Of a DNA stretch of 64,000 bases, positions 23,422 to 32,635 are shown in pieces (position 1 is the first letter of the stretch; each line of letters begins with the position of its first letter). Under the pieces are notes generated by a model. The model searched no databases, was not told the DNA's origin, and was given only the letters and a program-made list of their open reading frames with translations. Location: assembly GCA_017609645.1 (NCBI GenBank), contig JAFCDQ010000002.1:65260-129259 (forward strand). Direction: 5' to 3'. Made by a program: the position numbers and the translations under genes. This DNA comes from Candidatus Woesearchaeota archaeon (GTDB lineage: Archaea; Nanobdellota; Nanobdellia; Woesearchaeales; ARS49).

Positions 23422-24330
23422 TTAAAATTTATATTTTCTTTTTAATTTGCCAAGTTCTGATTTAATTCTGCTTAAATCAGTATCAAGCTCATCTAATGAA
23501 CTTTTCTTCTTTAACTTCAAGAAAGGCTTAGGCAATCTCTTTACAAAACTTTTCTTCTTGTGCTTTTTCTCACCAGACCGCTTAAACACAAAAATCATAG
23601 CCATAACTAATGCCAGAGATGCTGCAAGCGGAAGTAACGTAGGAAGTTTAGATTTTATTTTTTCACCAATCACTGCGACAGATTTTTCTTTTTCATCTTC
23701 AAGAACTTGCTCTTCTTTTAATTGCGTAGGCATTTCTTCAAAACCCATAGGAAAAGAAAAAGGCGGACTTCCTGCACACACTGTTGCTATACCCTGCGTA
23801 CTTGCAGCCACATTATTAAAAATCTTGAAATCAAAACGATATTTTCCAGGTAAAGTAGGAGTAAAAGAAGCTCTGCCAACTTTAACATCAGTAGTTTCAA
23901 TATAAAACCACTTATCATCTTTCTCATAAGAAACAATCAACTGACCACCTGTAGAAGGACTGATAGTTATAGGTGAATTTTCATCAACACAAAGTCGTTT
24001 TAGATAAATTCCATAAATATTTCCAACTGCTCCGCCGCCTCCACCTCCTCCAGTAACTGCAGGTGCAGGGGAAGGAGGCACAGGCTCGTCCTGAGCAATA
24101 TCATAAGCCTGAAAATAACCAGTATAACCACTTTCATTAAAAGTTTCTCCAGCATATTCTCCTGCATTAGATCTAGAACTATTATCATCACCAGGTTGAG
24201 CATCAACACCAAAAGGACTTGGCAAAAATCTTACAGAATAATTACCATCAGTAGCATAATATGCAAAAGCAACAGAACTAAAAATAATTATAAAAAAAAT
24301 TAAAATGAATAATTTTTTCATCTTGCACAA
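23422..24330 (-). CDS. Secreted, C-terminally anchored protein with a poly-Gly tract and a basic coiled-coil tail
   Basis: Signal peptide, TGGGGGGGAVGN, C-terminal TM helix and a KK-rich tail. Overlaps the upstream fibre gene by 13 nt. Confidence 0.45.
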   Translation of the reverse strand: MCKMKKLFILIFFIIIFSSVAFAYYATDGNYSVRFLPSPFGVDAQPGDDNSSRSNAGEYAGETFNESGYTGYFQAYDIAQDEPVPPSPAPAVTGGGGGGGAVGNIYGIYLKRLCVDENSPITISPSTGGQLIVSYEKDDKWFYIETTDVKVGRASFTPTLPGKYRFDFKIFNNVAASTQGIATVCAGSPPFSFPMGFEEMPTQLKEEQVLEDEKEKSVAVIGEKIKSKLPTLLPLAASLALVMAMIFVFKRSGEKKHKKKSFVKRLPKPFLKLKKKSSLDELDTDLSRIKSELGKLKRKYKF

Positions 24331-26825
24331 CTCTGTTCGAGTTTAGATAATCTTTGTTCTAAATCATTTATTTTATTTTCCTGCTCTTGAGTTATTTGAT
24401 AAAGTCCTTGAATAGCTGCTAAAGAAACTCCTGCAACATCCATTGTGGTTATATGAAGATCAAATTCATTAAAACCAAATGCAGGATTAAAGTCCTGCGC
24501 CATAGGACCAATATGCCTAATTGAATCATCCTGAGTTTTATAATTCCATTCAGTAATTGGCATGTTTGCAATTTTTTCTACAATTTCTTTTTTATCTAAT
24601 TCTTTGAAATTTTCTTTTTTATTTTTATCACTTACAGCAGCCCATGCACTTCCTCCTCCTGCAAGAATGGTACCTGAACCAAAATTAGCAGAAGTAATAA
24701 TACGCATACCTCCTGTTGCTAAAAAAGTAACCTGCTTAGTATCATTACATCCTGATCTAACTGCAGAAGAACTACCCCACGCAAAACAACCAGAAGTATT
24801 AGCTTCAGCATTAATACCTGCTGCAAAAGAATAATTAGCATCTGCATCATTATTATAACCTCCTGGAATTGTAGAATAAGTTCCACGAGCATAATTTTGA
24901 CTTCCGCCACCAATAAAAGTATATGAATTTGTTGCACGATTATCCCAACCACCAACAATGGCAGCAGTAGAACCATTAAGAATATTATTAGAACCGCCAC
25001 AAATAACAGCATTATTAACACTTACCCCTCCAGGACTTTCAAGAAGATTACTTAAACCCCCTCCAATAAAACTGTTGCCAGAAGCATTCACCGTATTACT
25101 CTGCCCTCCTACAATAGCATTATAATTACTTGTGCTAACTCCAATAATATTTAAACCACCACCACCAATAAAACCATACTGACCACTAGCATTATTTAAA
25201 ACACCACCACAAATAGCAGTAGTTGTTGCAGTAGCTATATTACGATCACCACCTGCTATAACTGAATAAGTTCCCATAGCCTTATTACTAGCACCACCAC
25301 CGATAAAAGAATGTGAACCTTCTGCATCATTATTTTCACCACCAACAACAGAAGCACTAACAGTGCTTGCATTATTATTAAGACCTGCACCAACAAAAGT
25401 ATGTTGAGCAGTAGCTTTATTATTATTACCTCCAACAACAACAGAATGTGTGAAAGTTGCATTATTATCCTGCCCTCCACCTGTAAAAGCATATTGACCA
25501 GAAGCAATATTATTAAAACCGCCTCCAACAAAAGCAAAAACAGAACTCGCATTATTACCAGCACCGCCCACAATAGAAGCATTTTCTGCAGTAATTAAAT
25601 TATTTCTGCCGCCTGCTATTATAGAAAAATCATTAGTTATATTATTACTTAAACCACCTGTAATAACAGAATAATTTCCAATTATATCATTAGCATTTCC
25701 ACCGCCAATAAAAGAATATTGACTGCCCATAATATTAGTAAGACCGCCAACAATAGCACTGTAAATATTACCTGCAGTAACTTGATTACCTCTGCCCCCC
25801 AGCACAGCAGAATATTCAGATAAAGGACCTATAAAATTAAAATAACCTCCTCCAATAAAAGCAAAAGCAGCTCTGGCATTATTGGCAGCACCACCAACAA
25901 CAATAGAATTTGTTTCATTAGCATAATTAATTTCACCACCAGTACTACTGCCGCCTCCAACAACAACAGAATAAGTACCACTGGCATTATTCCACTGACC
26001 ACCACCAACAAAAGAATATTGACCAGTCGCTTCATTAGCTAAACCACCTACAATCACAGGATGAGTGTTAGTAATAACATTATTCTCCCCACTCCCAATA
26101 AAACCATATTGAGCACTAGCATTATTGCCAACACCACCTACAATAACATCATATCCTCCTCCATTAGAAATATTATTATCCTGACCTCCACCTATAAAAC
26201 CAACAGGATCAAGTACAAAATTATTCCAACCACCTGCAATCACAATATTATTACCGGTTCTAATTACGTTATCTACTCCTCCTCCAATAAAACCATATTG
26301 ACCTGAAATTAAATTATTCAAACCACTGCCAATACTTGAATGAGATGCAGTAACATTAGATCCTTGAGCAAAAGCATAACTAAAATCAGCAGTCGCTAAA
26401 CTAGTATTAGACTGTATACTTATTCTTGTTGAATTCATATAATAAACAGACTGAATGCCATTCTGGAAAGGCTGTCGAGTTTGCGTAACTCTAGTGTCAG
26501 CAACGTAAACATCAACATAATAAAAAGCATCATAACCCCAATCTAAAGTCAATTGTTCAGTAACATTACCTAACACAACATCAAAACGACTTTCGTTAAT
26601 TCCTTTATCAAAAGTTTCATTATAAATAGGAGTGCCGCCAACAGCTGTCTTGTAAATAACAATTGTAAGATTAGTTTCATTAAGTTCTTGATTATTCAAA
26701 TAAGCATCACCTTGAAAAGTCATCATCTGATTTAAACCAAAAGCAATACCTGTAAAAGCTAGAAAAAATATTAGGTATACTAAATATTTCTTATTCACTA
26801 AATCCCCTCCTTTTATATATAACAC
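24318..26825 (-). CDS. Large Gly-rich beta-helical fibre/adhesin with a C-terminal intramolecular-chaperone (peptidase S74-like) auto-processing domain
   Basis: N-terminal TM/signal. About 25 copies of YSFIGGGxxNxAxG-type repeats. The C-terminus (ITEWNYKTQDDSIRHIGPMAQDF..coiled coil) resembles the tail-spike/endosialidase chaperone domain. Confidence 0.7.
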   Translation of the reverse strand: MLYIKGGDLVNKKYLVYLIFFLAFTGIAFGLNQMMTFQGDAYLNNQELNETNLTIVIYKTAVGGTPIYNETFDKGINESRFDVVLGNVTEQLTLDWGYDAFYYVDVYVADTRVTQTRQPFQNGIQSVYYMNSTRISIQSNTSLATADFSYAFAQGSNVTASHSSIGSGLNNLISGQYGFIGGGVDNVIRTGNNIVIAGGWNNFVLDPVGFIGGGQDNNISNGGGYDVIVGGVGNNASAQYGFIGSGENNVITNTHPVIVGGLANEATGQYSFVGGGQWNNASGTYSVVVGGGSSTGGEINYANETNSIVVGGAANNARAAFAFIGGGYFNFIGPLSEYSAVLGGRGNQVTAGNIYSAIVGGLTNIMGSQYSFIGGGNANDIIGNYSVITGGLSNNITNDFSIIAGGRNNLITAENASIVGGAGNNASSVFAFVGGGFNNIASGQYAFTGGGQDNNATFTHSVVVGGNNNKATAQHTFVGAGLNNNASTVSASVVGGENNDAEGSHSFIGGGASNKAMGTYSVIAGGDRNIATATTTAICGGVLNNASGQYGFIGGGGLNIIGVSTSNYNAIVGGQSNTVNASGNSFIGGGLSNLLESPGGVSVNNAVICGGSNNILNGSTAAIVGGWDNRATNSYTFIGGGSQNYARGTYSTIPGGYNNDADANYSFAAGINAEANTSGCFAWGSSSAVRSGCNDTKQVTFLATGGMRIITSANFGSGTILAGGGSAWAAVSDKNKKENFKELDKKEIVEKIANMPITEWNYKTQDDSIRHIGPMAQDFNPAFGFNEFDLHITTMDVAGVSLAAIQGLYQITQEQENKINDLEQRLSKLEQSCAR

Positions 26826-26860
26826 AAAAGAATTATCATTTAAAAAGGTATCGGTAAATT

Positions 26861-28756
26861 TTAACGAATTCTAACAGTTTCAAGATTTTTAGGAGCAATA
26901 GTCTCAATACGCATCTGCTTATGCAAACTGCTAGACAAATCAAGAACACGAGAACTCTCACCATGCTGAATAATAACTTTTTTCGGTCTTGGCTGAAGCT
27001 TAAACATAAAATTCATCAACTGTTTCCTATCACTATGATCAGTAATTTCCAATCTTGCAATTTCCATTTTTAGTGGAACAACTTCTGTTTTTTTGCCTGA
27101 CTTGAAAATAAGTTCTCTTTCACCTTGATGCAAAATTCTAGAACCAAGACTGCCAGGACCTTGATAACAAGTAAAAATCAAAGTATTTTTTGGATTATCA
27201 CCAAGATACCTCAAATATTCAACAGACGGGCCGCCAACAAGCATACCACTAGTAGCAAGAATAACACAAGGACCATGATCTTCTAAAAGTTTCATCCTCT
27301 CTTTAGAACTGCCAATTCTTTTGAAAACAGGATTAAGGAAAGGATTTTGATCTTTATGAAAAATCAATTTCCTAATAGCACTGTTAAGATATTCAGGATA
27401 AGCAGTATGAATTGCAGTAACATCCCAAACCATGCCATCAATATAAACAGGAATACCTTCAAGTTCTTTGTTTCTAATCATATTCTCAATCAAAATAAGC
27501 ATATCCTGCGCCCTGCCCACTCCAAGAACAGGCATTAAAACTTTTCCTTTTCTTTTAATTGTATCCTTAATTAATTTTTTCAAATAATCATCCTGCTCTT
27601 TTTGCGGAGGCAAAACACAAGTCCTGCCGCCATAAGTAGATTCCATAATCACAGTTTCCAATCTAGGAAATTGAGTAATAGCAGGGTCAAGAAGAATTGT
27701 CTTGCCAAACTTTAAATCGCCGGTGTAGAGTAGATTATGCAAACCATTTCCAATATGCAAATGCGCCATAGCACTGCCAAGAATATGACCTGCATTGTAA
27801 AGAGTAAGCCTAACATCTGGAGTGATATCACTAACTTCTTCAAAATCCAAACAGATTGTATGCTTGACCATTTCTTTAACATCGTCGCTGCCATAAACAA
27901 GATCTTTATTCTCACTCTTCATAATTTTAATAAAATCTAATGCCAATAAAGCAGCAACATCTCTAGTAGGCTCTGTACAATAAACAGGACCTCTATAGCC
28001 ATACTTGAACAAATAAGGAACAAGACCTGAATGATCAAGATGAGCGTGCGTCAAAATAACAGCGTCTAATTGATCAATCTTAAACTCAGGAGCGTCAAGA
28101 TAAGGATAAGCTTCAGAACCCTCACCAGCAACATTAATACCACAATCCATCAAAATCCTAGACTCAGGAGTTTGCAACAACAAACAACTCCTTCCAACCT
28201 GCCTTCCTGCGCCAAGCATAGTAAGCCTAACCCATTCACTCTTTTTCTCTCTAATCCAGCCATCATAAATCCTATGCCCTGTTTTATCCAAAAATTTTTT
28301 CCTTTCCTCACTATGCTTGTAAAGAACCTTCCTAATATCCTCAATAATCTGCGACCTAATAGCAGGAGTTCTTCTAACTAAAGGAACCCACAAAGTATGT
28401 TCTCTAATTGCTTTTAATAAGCTGCCTTGTTTTCCGATGGCCAATCCAGGCTTTTCAGCCTCAATAACAACCATACTTCTCTGCTCATCAAAAATAATAT
28501 TACTAACTCCTGCATCCTCTGGCAGAATCTTTTTTATTTCTTTTTCAGCATTTTCTTTTGGAATGCAGATTTTCGGATCAGGTCTAAGTTCAATACGTTT
28601 TTTAAATTCATCAACAACTTTTTTTATTGCGCCAGTATTATTAAGAAAGAACTCTCTATCTTTAGTGTATAATACAATATTTGCTCCTTCATAACTAGCT
28701 TCGCTAATTTTATTCTCTGGAAGGAACTTTAAAATCTCCTTAATTATATCCGCCAT
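26861..28756 (-). CDS. aCPSF1 (beta-CASP/metallo-beta-lactamase ribonuclease with N-terminal KH domains)
   Basis: HAHLDHSG motif plus downstream beta-CASP His/Asp motifs. Two KH-like segments at the N-terminus. Confidence 0.85.
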   Translation of the reverse strand: MADIIKEILKFLPENKISEASYEGANIVLYTKDREFFLNNTGAIKKVVDEFKKRIELRPDPKICIPKENAEKEIKKILPEDAGVSNIIFDEQRSMVVIEAEKPGLAIGKQGSLLKAIREHTLWVPLVRRTPAIRSQIIEDIRKVLYKHSEERKKFLDKTGHRIYDGWIREKKSEWVRLTMLGAGRQVGRSCLLLQTPESRILMDCGINVAGEGSEAYPYLDAPEFKIDQLDAVILTHAHLDHSGLVPYLFKYGYRGPVYCTEPTRDVAALLALDFIKIMKSENKDLVYGSDDVKEMVKHTICLDFEEVSDITPDVRLTLYNAGHILGSAMAHLHIGNGLHNLLYTGDLKFGKTILLDPAITQFPRLETVIMESTYGGRTCVLPPQKEQDDYLKKLIKDTIKRKGKVLMPVLGVGRAQDMLILIENMIRNKELEGIPVYIDGMVWDVTAIHTAYPEYLNSAIRKLIFHKDQNPFLNPVFKRIGSSKERMKLLEDHGPCVILATSGMLVGGPSVEYLRYLGDNPKNTLIFTCYQGPGSLGSRILHQGERELIFKSGKKTEVVPLKMEIARLEITDHSDRKQLMNFMFKLQPRPKKVIIQHGESSRVLDLSSSLHKQMRIETIAPKNLETVRIR

Positions 28757-28784
28757 TTTTCATTCAGAAATTATTTAATTTTCA

Positions 28785-29417
28785 TTAAATATCTACCTTG
28801 ATTAACAATTCTTTCTCAATAACAATATCAATACCCTTATCAGTTATTGTCCAAACATCAATACCATTACCAGTCGCAGTATCTCTTTGCAAAGCAGCAT
28901 TAATTGCTTTAACTGCTAATTTAATACCATCGTTCACACTTAAATCTTTTTTATATAGAGTCTCAAGAACACCAAAAGCAAAAACACTTCCAGAACCATC
29001 AGAAACATAATCATTAACATCTGTAACAGAACCATCAATACCAAGATCGTACAAATGGAAACCTGCTTTATCAACACCGCCTAAAAGAAAACCAACTACG
29101 CTTTGAATCATGCTAGGTTTTCTTAAGTTTGAATAAAGAAGACCTCCTAACATATTAGCAGCTTCTTTAAGATTAGATTTTCTATTAGTCTGAATATCTT
29201 TAAGTTTTAGCTGAGCTTTAATTATTTTAGTTAATAACTGAGCGTCAGATACTAAGCCAGCCATAGTTATTGCCATATCATCAGCTATCTTGAAAATCTT
29301 CTGAGCTCTTTTGTTAACAACAAAACCAGCAGTAGCTCTTTTATCTGCTGCTAATATTATCCCGTCTTTACAAACAATACCGACGGTTGTTGTTCCTTTT
29401 TTTAATTCGTTATTCAT
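28785..29417 (-). CDS. psmB: Proteasome beta subunit
   Basis: GTTTVGIVCKDGIILAADKRATAG Thr-protease N-terminus. The track ORF extends to 29510, but the likely true start is the internal ATG at 29417 (MNNELKKGTTTVG). Confidence 0.85.
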   Translation of the reverse strand: MNNELKKGTTTVGIVCKDGIILAADKRATAGFVVNKRAQKIFKIADDMAITMAGLVSDAQLLTKIIKAQLKLKDIQTNRKSNLKEAANMLGGLLYSNLRKPSMIQSVVGFLLGGVDKAGFHLYDLGIDGSVTDVNDYVSDGSGSVFAFGVLETLYKKDLSVNDGIKLAVKAINAALQRDTATGNGIDVWTITDKGIDIVIEKELLIKVDI

Positions 29418-29529
29418 ATATTTCACTTGAGAAATTTTATTTGATAAAGTGTTATATTGGTGGGTTGTATTTAAAGGTTTTGGTTTTAATTTAATAAGAG
29501 TTTTATACAAGCTGTTAAGAGAACTCTAT

Positions 29530-30111
29530 ATGAAAACAATCGGCATATGTGGGCCAAGTTGTAGTGGAAAAACAACCATAGCACAAGCATTAGCTAAAGA
29601 ATTAGATGCAAACAGTTTAAGTTTAGATAATTTCTATATCTTAGGAACTCAAAAAATATATGTTAAACATAATGGGGAGAAATTAAGAACATTTGAAAGA
29701 CCTGAATTATATGATGGAAACAGATTAGCAATAGTTGTTAATGAATTACAAAAAAATGGAAGAAGCAAGTTTAAAGCAATGTTGGATTTTAAGAAAAAAG
29801 AATACCAAGAAATTGAATTAGTGAAAAAAGATTTTCTTATTTTAGAAGGACTGCATCTTTTTCAATACGAACAGTTGAATAAATTAATTGAACATAAATT
29901 TTACATTGACCTTCCTTCAGAAATAATGTTAGAAAGGAGAGCTGAAAGAATGGGAAGAAATCATTCAGATTTAACTTTTCTGAAAATAGGACCTCAAGAA
30001 TGGGAAAAATATGGTTTAAAACAAAAAGATGTTCCAGATGTGGTTATATTAGATGGAAAAGAAGATTTGAACACTTTAAGTTTGAAATTATTGGTTTCTT
30101 TGTTAAAATAA
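29530..30111 (+). CDS. udk: Uridine kinase/PRK-family P-loop kinase
   Basis: IGICGPSCSGKTT Walker A near the N-terminus. The likely start is the internal ATG at 29530 (track ORF starts at 29449). Confidence 0.6.
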   Translation: MKTIGICGPSCSGKTTIAQALAKELDANSLSLDNFYILGTQKIYVKHNGEKLRTFERPELYDGNRLAIVVNELQKNGRSKFKAMLDFKKKEYQEIELVKKDFLILEGLHLFQYEQLNKLIEHKFYIDLPSEIMLERRAERMGRNHSDLTFLKIGPQEWEKYGLKQKDVPDVVILDGKEDLNTLSLKLLVSLLK

Positions 30112-30175
30112 ATATAGGGGTTATATCACTTTTACAGCAAGATTTTTAAAATAACAATCAATTTCTAACTACAGC

Positions 30176-30249
30176 GGGGCTGTGGGTTAGCTTGGCTATG
30201 CTTCCGGCCTTGGGCGCCGGAGACCCCGGTTCGAATCCGGGCAGTCCCA
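30176..30249 (+). tRNA. tRNA-Pro(TGG)
   Basis: GGGGCTG acceptor pairs with CAGTCCC, discriminator A. T-arm is CCCGGTTCGAATCCGGG. Anticodon stem CCGGC/GCCGG with loop CTTGGGC. The D-stem pairing is weak. Confidence 0.7.
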
Positions 30250-30288
30250 TGCTTTTTTTAAGTTTGAATACAACAGCTAAAGAAAAAA

Positions 30289-30993
30289 CTAATTATCATA
30301 TTGATTATCTTCTTTTTTTTCATCTTTAATTGCTTTTAGATTACTGCTTGATTCCTGACCTGCTAATTTATTTCTCAACACTTGTTTTTCTAATTCATTC
30401 ATTCTTCCTGCTAACTCATCATATTTACACAAAGCTTCTGTTGCGCGACTTTTTTGATAAATTTTAACTTTTTGACCAAATTCTTCGTCATTTTCAAGGA
30501 TATTGTCAGCATATTCAATAATTTCCTTAACACTCTTACCACGTTTCATCAATGCATCTCTATTCACCTTAATATAATATCTAAGATAATCAAGACTCTT
30601 CTCTGCTTTTTTCGCAACTTTTTTGAATTTTTTATGTATATGTCTAAGAGCAAAAGTTAATACAATTCCTGTTGCAAGGATTATGTAAGTGCTTGTTGAA
30701 GGATTTCTATCTTTAGATATATAATCAATAATATCAATACTTCCTCCTAAAAAAACCGGCGTATAAATGGAGACTGCAGCCCAAAAAATGCCTTTAATCT
30801 TTTCACGTTTATCATTCATCTCATCATAATTTTTTTCATATTTTTCCATATAAAATTCAAAATCTTTGTCCATCGCGTCTTCAATTGTCTTAATATCTTG
30901 TTCAGTTTTATAATCTAGCTCAGCAGATTTAGCTCCTAAAAAAAGATTTTTAACCCATCCTAAAGCACCATCAACAACTTCGCCTAAGCCCAT
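30289..30993 (-). CDS. Membrane protein with coiled-coil segments (hypothetical)
   Basis: 234 aa with two central TM helices and charged flanking regions. Confidence 0.4.
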   Translation of the reverse strand: MGLGEVVDGALGWVKNLFLGAKSAELDYKTEQDIKTIEDAMDKDFEFYMEKYEKNYDEMNDKREKIKGIFWAAVSIYTPVFLGGSIDIIDYISKDRNPSTSTYIILATGIVLTFALRHIHKKFKKVAKKAEKSLDYLRYYIKVNRDALMKRGKSVKEIIEYADNILENDEEFGQKVKIYQKSRATEALCKYDELAGRMNELEKQVLRNKLAGQESSSNLKAIKDEKKEDNQYDN

Positions 30994-31113
30994 AGCTATG
31001 CCTCCTTATATTTTTAACAAAAAATCACAGCACTGTTTCAAGTTGTTATTATTTTATTCAAAAAAACAGAGTTATCAATATAGTACTAGATTTAAAACTA
31101 TAAAAACTTTTGC

Positions 31114-32577
31114 CTAATAACTCTTAGCCAGATAAACAGTTTCTTTAGCAGGCTTTCCGCAGACAATGCACTTGTCAAACTTCTCTTTTTCATCCTTGAA
31201 TTTCTTGCCCCTAATAGAAATCAACAAATCTTTCTCAATACTTTCTGCGCAAGCATAAGCATCCATCTCAAGAGAACAAAAACCACAACGAACAATCTTC
31301 TTTTTCTTAATCGCTTCTTTAACTTCTTCCAAAGTATCACAATTCTGAACTTCATCCTCAAACTTAACAAGATTTTTTTTCTTAACATCAGCAGTATAAG
31401 AATCAGCAATCTTCTTAACATGAGCTCTTAAATCCTTAATCTTAACACTAGACTTCTTAGTATTATGCCTGACAACTAAAGTTACAGAATCATTCTCCAA
31501 ATCCTTAGGGCCAACTTCAATACGAATAGGAACTCCTTTCATCTCCCACTCATTAAATTTCTCACCAGGAGTTGCATAATCCCTGTCATCCAGCTTAACA
31601 ATATAATCTGACTTGAACTTTTTCTCAATCTCTTGACATTTTTTCAACACCTGAGCTTTAGATTTCTCAAAAATAATAGGAACAACAACAATCTGCACAG
31701 GAGCAAGATTAAAAGGCAAAATCAAACCTTGATCATCACCAAGCTTAGCAATCATAGCACCATAAATCCTGCTAATCGCAGGACCATAACAAGTAATATG
31801 ACCCAACTTTTCCTTATTATCCTTATCAACAAACTTAACATTAAAAGGCTTGGAAAAATTAGTGCCAAGCAAATGAGTTGAAGGCAATTGCAAAACTCTG
31901 CCAGAATCCATCAAAGCATCTGCAGCATAAGTATGAATAGCTCCAGGAAATTTATCCCATTCAGGTCTTTGAAAAAAAATAATAGGAATAGCAAACTCTT
32001 CTTCAATCATTAGATGAGTTACTTCCATATCTTCTAACACTTGATTTCTTGCATCTTCTTCTGTAGCAAAAACATTATGAGCTTCAATCCAATGAAATTC
32101 CCTTCCTCTAAAGAAAGGCCTTGTTGATTTTCCTTCATAACGCCAAACCTGACAAGACTGATAACGCTTGAAAGGAAGATCTTTATAACTACGAACCCAA
32201 TAAGAATACATCTTGTACAAAGCAGTTTCACTAGTAGGTCTAAGAGCTAATTTTTCATCAAGCTTAACATCACCTGCTTCTGTAACCCAAAAAACTTGGG
32301 GGATGAAGCCTTCAACATGCTCTGCTTCAAGCTTAAAATTTTCTTCAGGAATCAAAGAAGGCATAATCAAAGGAAGATGACCTTTTTCTTCTAGTAAATG
32401 CTCATACTTATCATACATTTTTTTAATAGTAATAGTAGACCAAGGCAAATAACAAACAAAACCCTTAATATTATACCTTAAATCAGCTAATTCTGCTTTA
32501 TGAACTAACTGAGTGTACCACTCAGAAAAATCATCTTCTTTTTTTACAGTAATTCCTTTAACAGCTTTACCAGCCAT
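31114..32577 (-). CDS. proS: Prolyl-tRNA synthetase, archaeal/eukaryotic type
   Basis: Class II aaRS core (FRGREFHW, motif 2/3 regions) and a C-terminal zinc-binding segment (CGFC..C..C..CIVCG). tRNA-Pro lies about 860 nt away. Confidence 0.85.
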   Translation of the reverse strand: MAGKAVKGITVKKEDDFSEWYTQLVHKAELADLRYNIKGFVCYLPWSTITIKKMYDKYEHLLEEKGHLPLIMPSLIPEENFKLEAEHVEGFIPQVFWVTEAGDVKLDEKLALRPTSETALYKMYSYWVRSYKDLPFKRYQSCQVWRYEGKSTRPFFRGREFHWIEAHNVFATEEDARNQVLEDMEVTHLMIEEEFAIPIIFFQRPEWDKFPGAIHTYAADALMDSGRVLQLPSTHLLGTNFSKPFNVKFVDKDNKEKLGHITCYGPAISRIYGAMIAKLGDDQGLILPFNLAPVQIVVVPIIFEKSKAQVLKKCQEIEKKFKSDYIVKLDDRDYATPGEKFNEWEMKGVPIRIEVGPKDLENDSVTLVVRHNTKKSSVKIKDLRAHVKKIADSYTADVKKKNLVKFEDEVQNCDTLEEVKEAIKKKKIVRCGFCSLEMDAYACAESIEKDLLISIRGKKFKDEKEKFDKCIVCGKPAKETVYLAKSY

Positions 32578-32623
32578 AAACAGAAAAAATCAAACCTAGT
32601 TTATAAAAATATTGCTGAATTAA
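32569..32623. repeat. 55-nt exact direct repeat, copy 1 (proS promoter and first 9 nt of the CDS)
   Basis: ttaccagccataaacagaaaaaatcaaacctagtttataaaaatattgctgaatt is identical to 34657..34711. Confidence 0.85.
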
Positions 32624-32635
32624 AGAGTCTTTTAC

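Noticed and set aside
24562-26306. Antisense ORFs inside the fibre-protein gene (e.g. 24719..25021, 25256..25582)
   Set aside because: These are low-complexity Leu/Ile-rich translations of the opposite strand of Gly-repeat coding DNA. The long sense frame with a signal peptide and C-terminal domain is the real gene.
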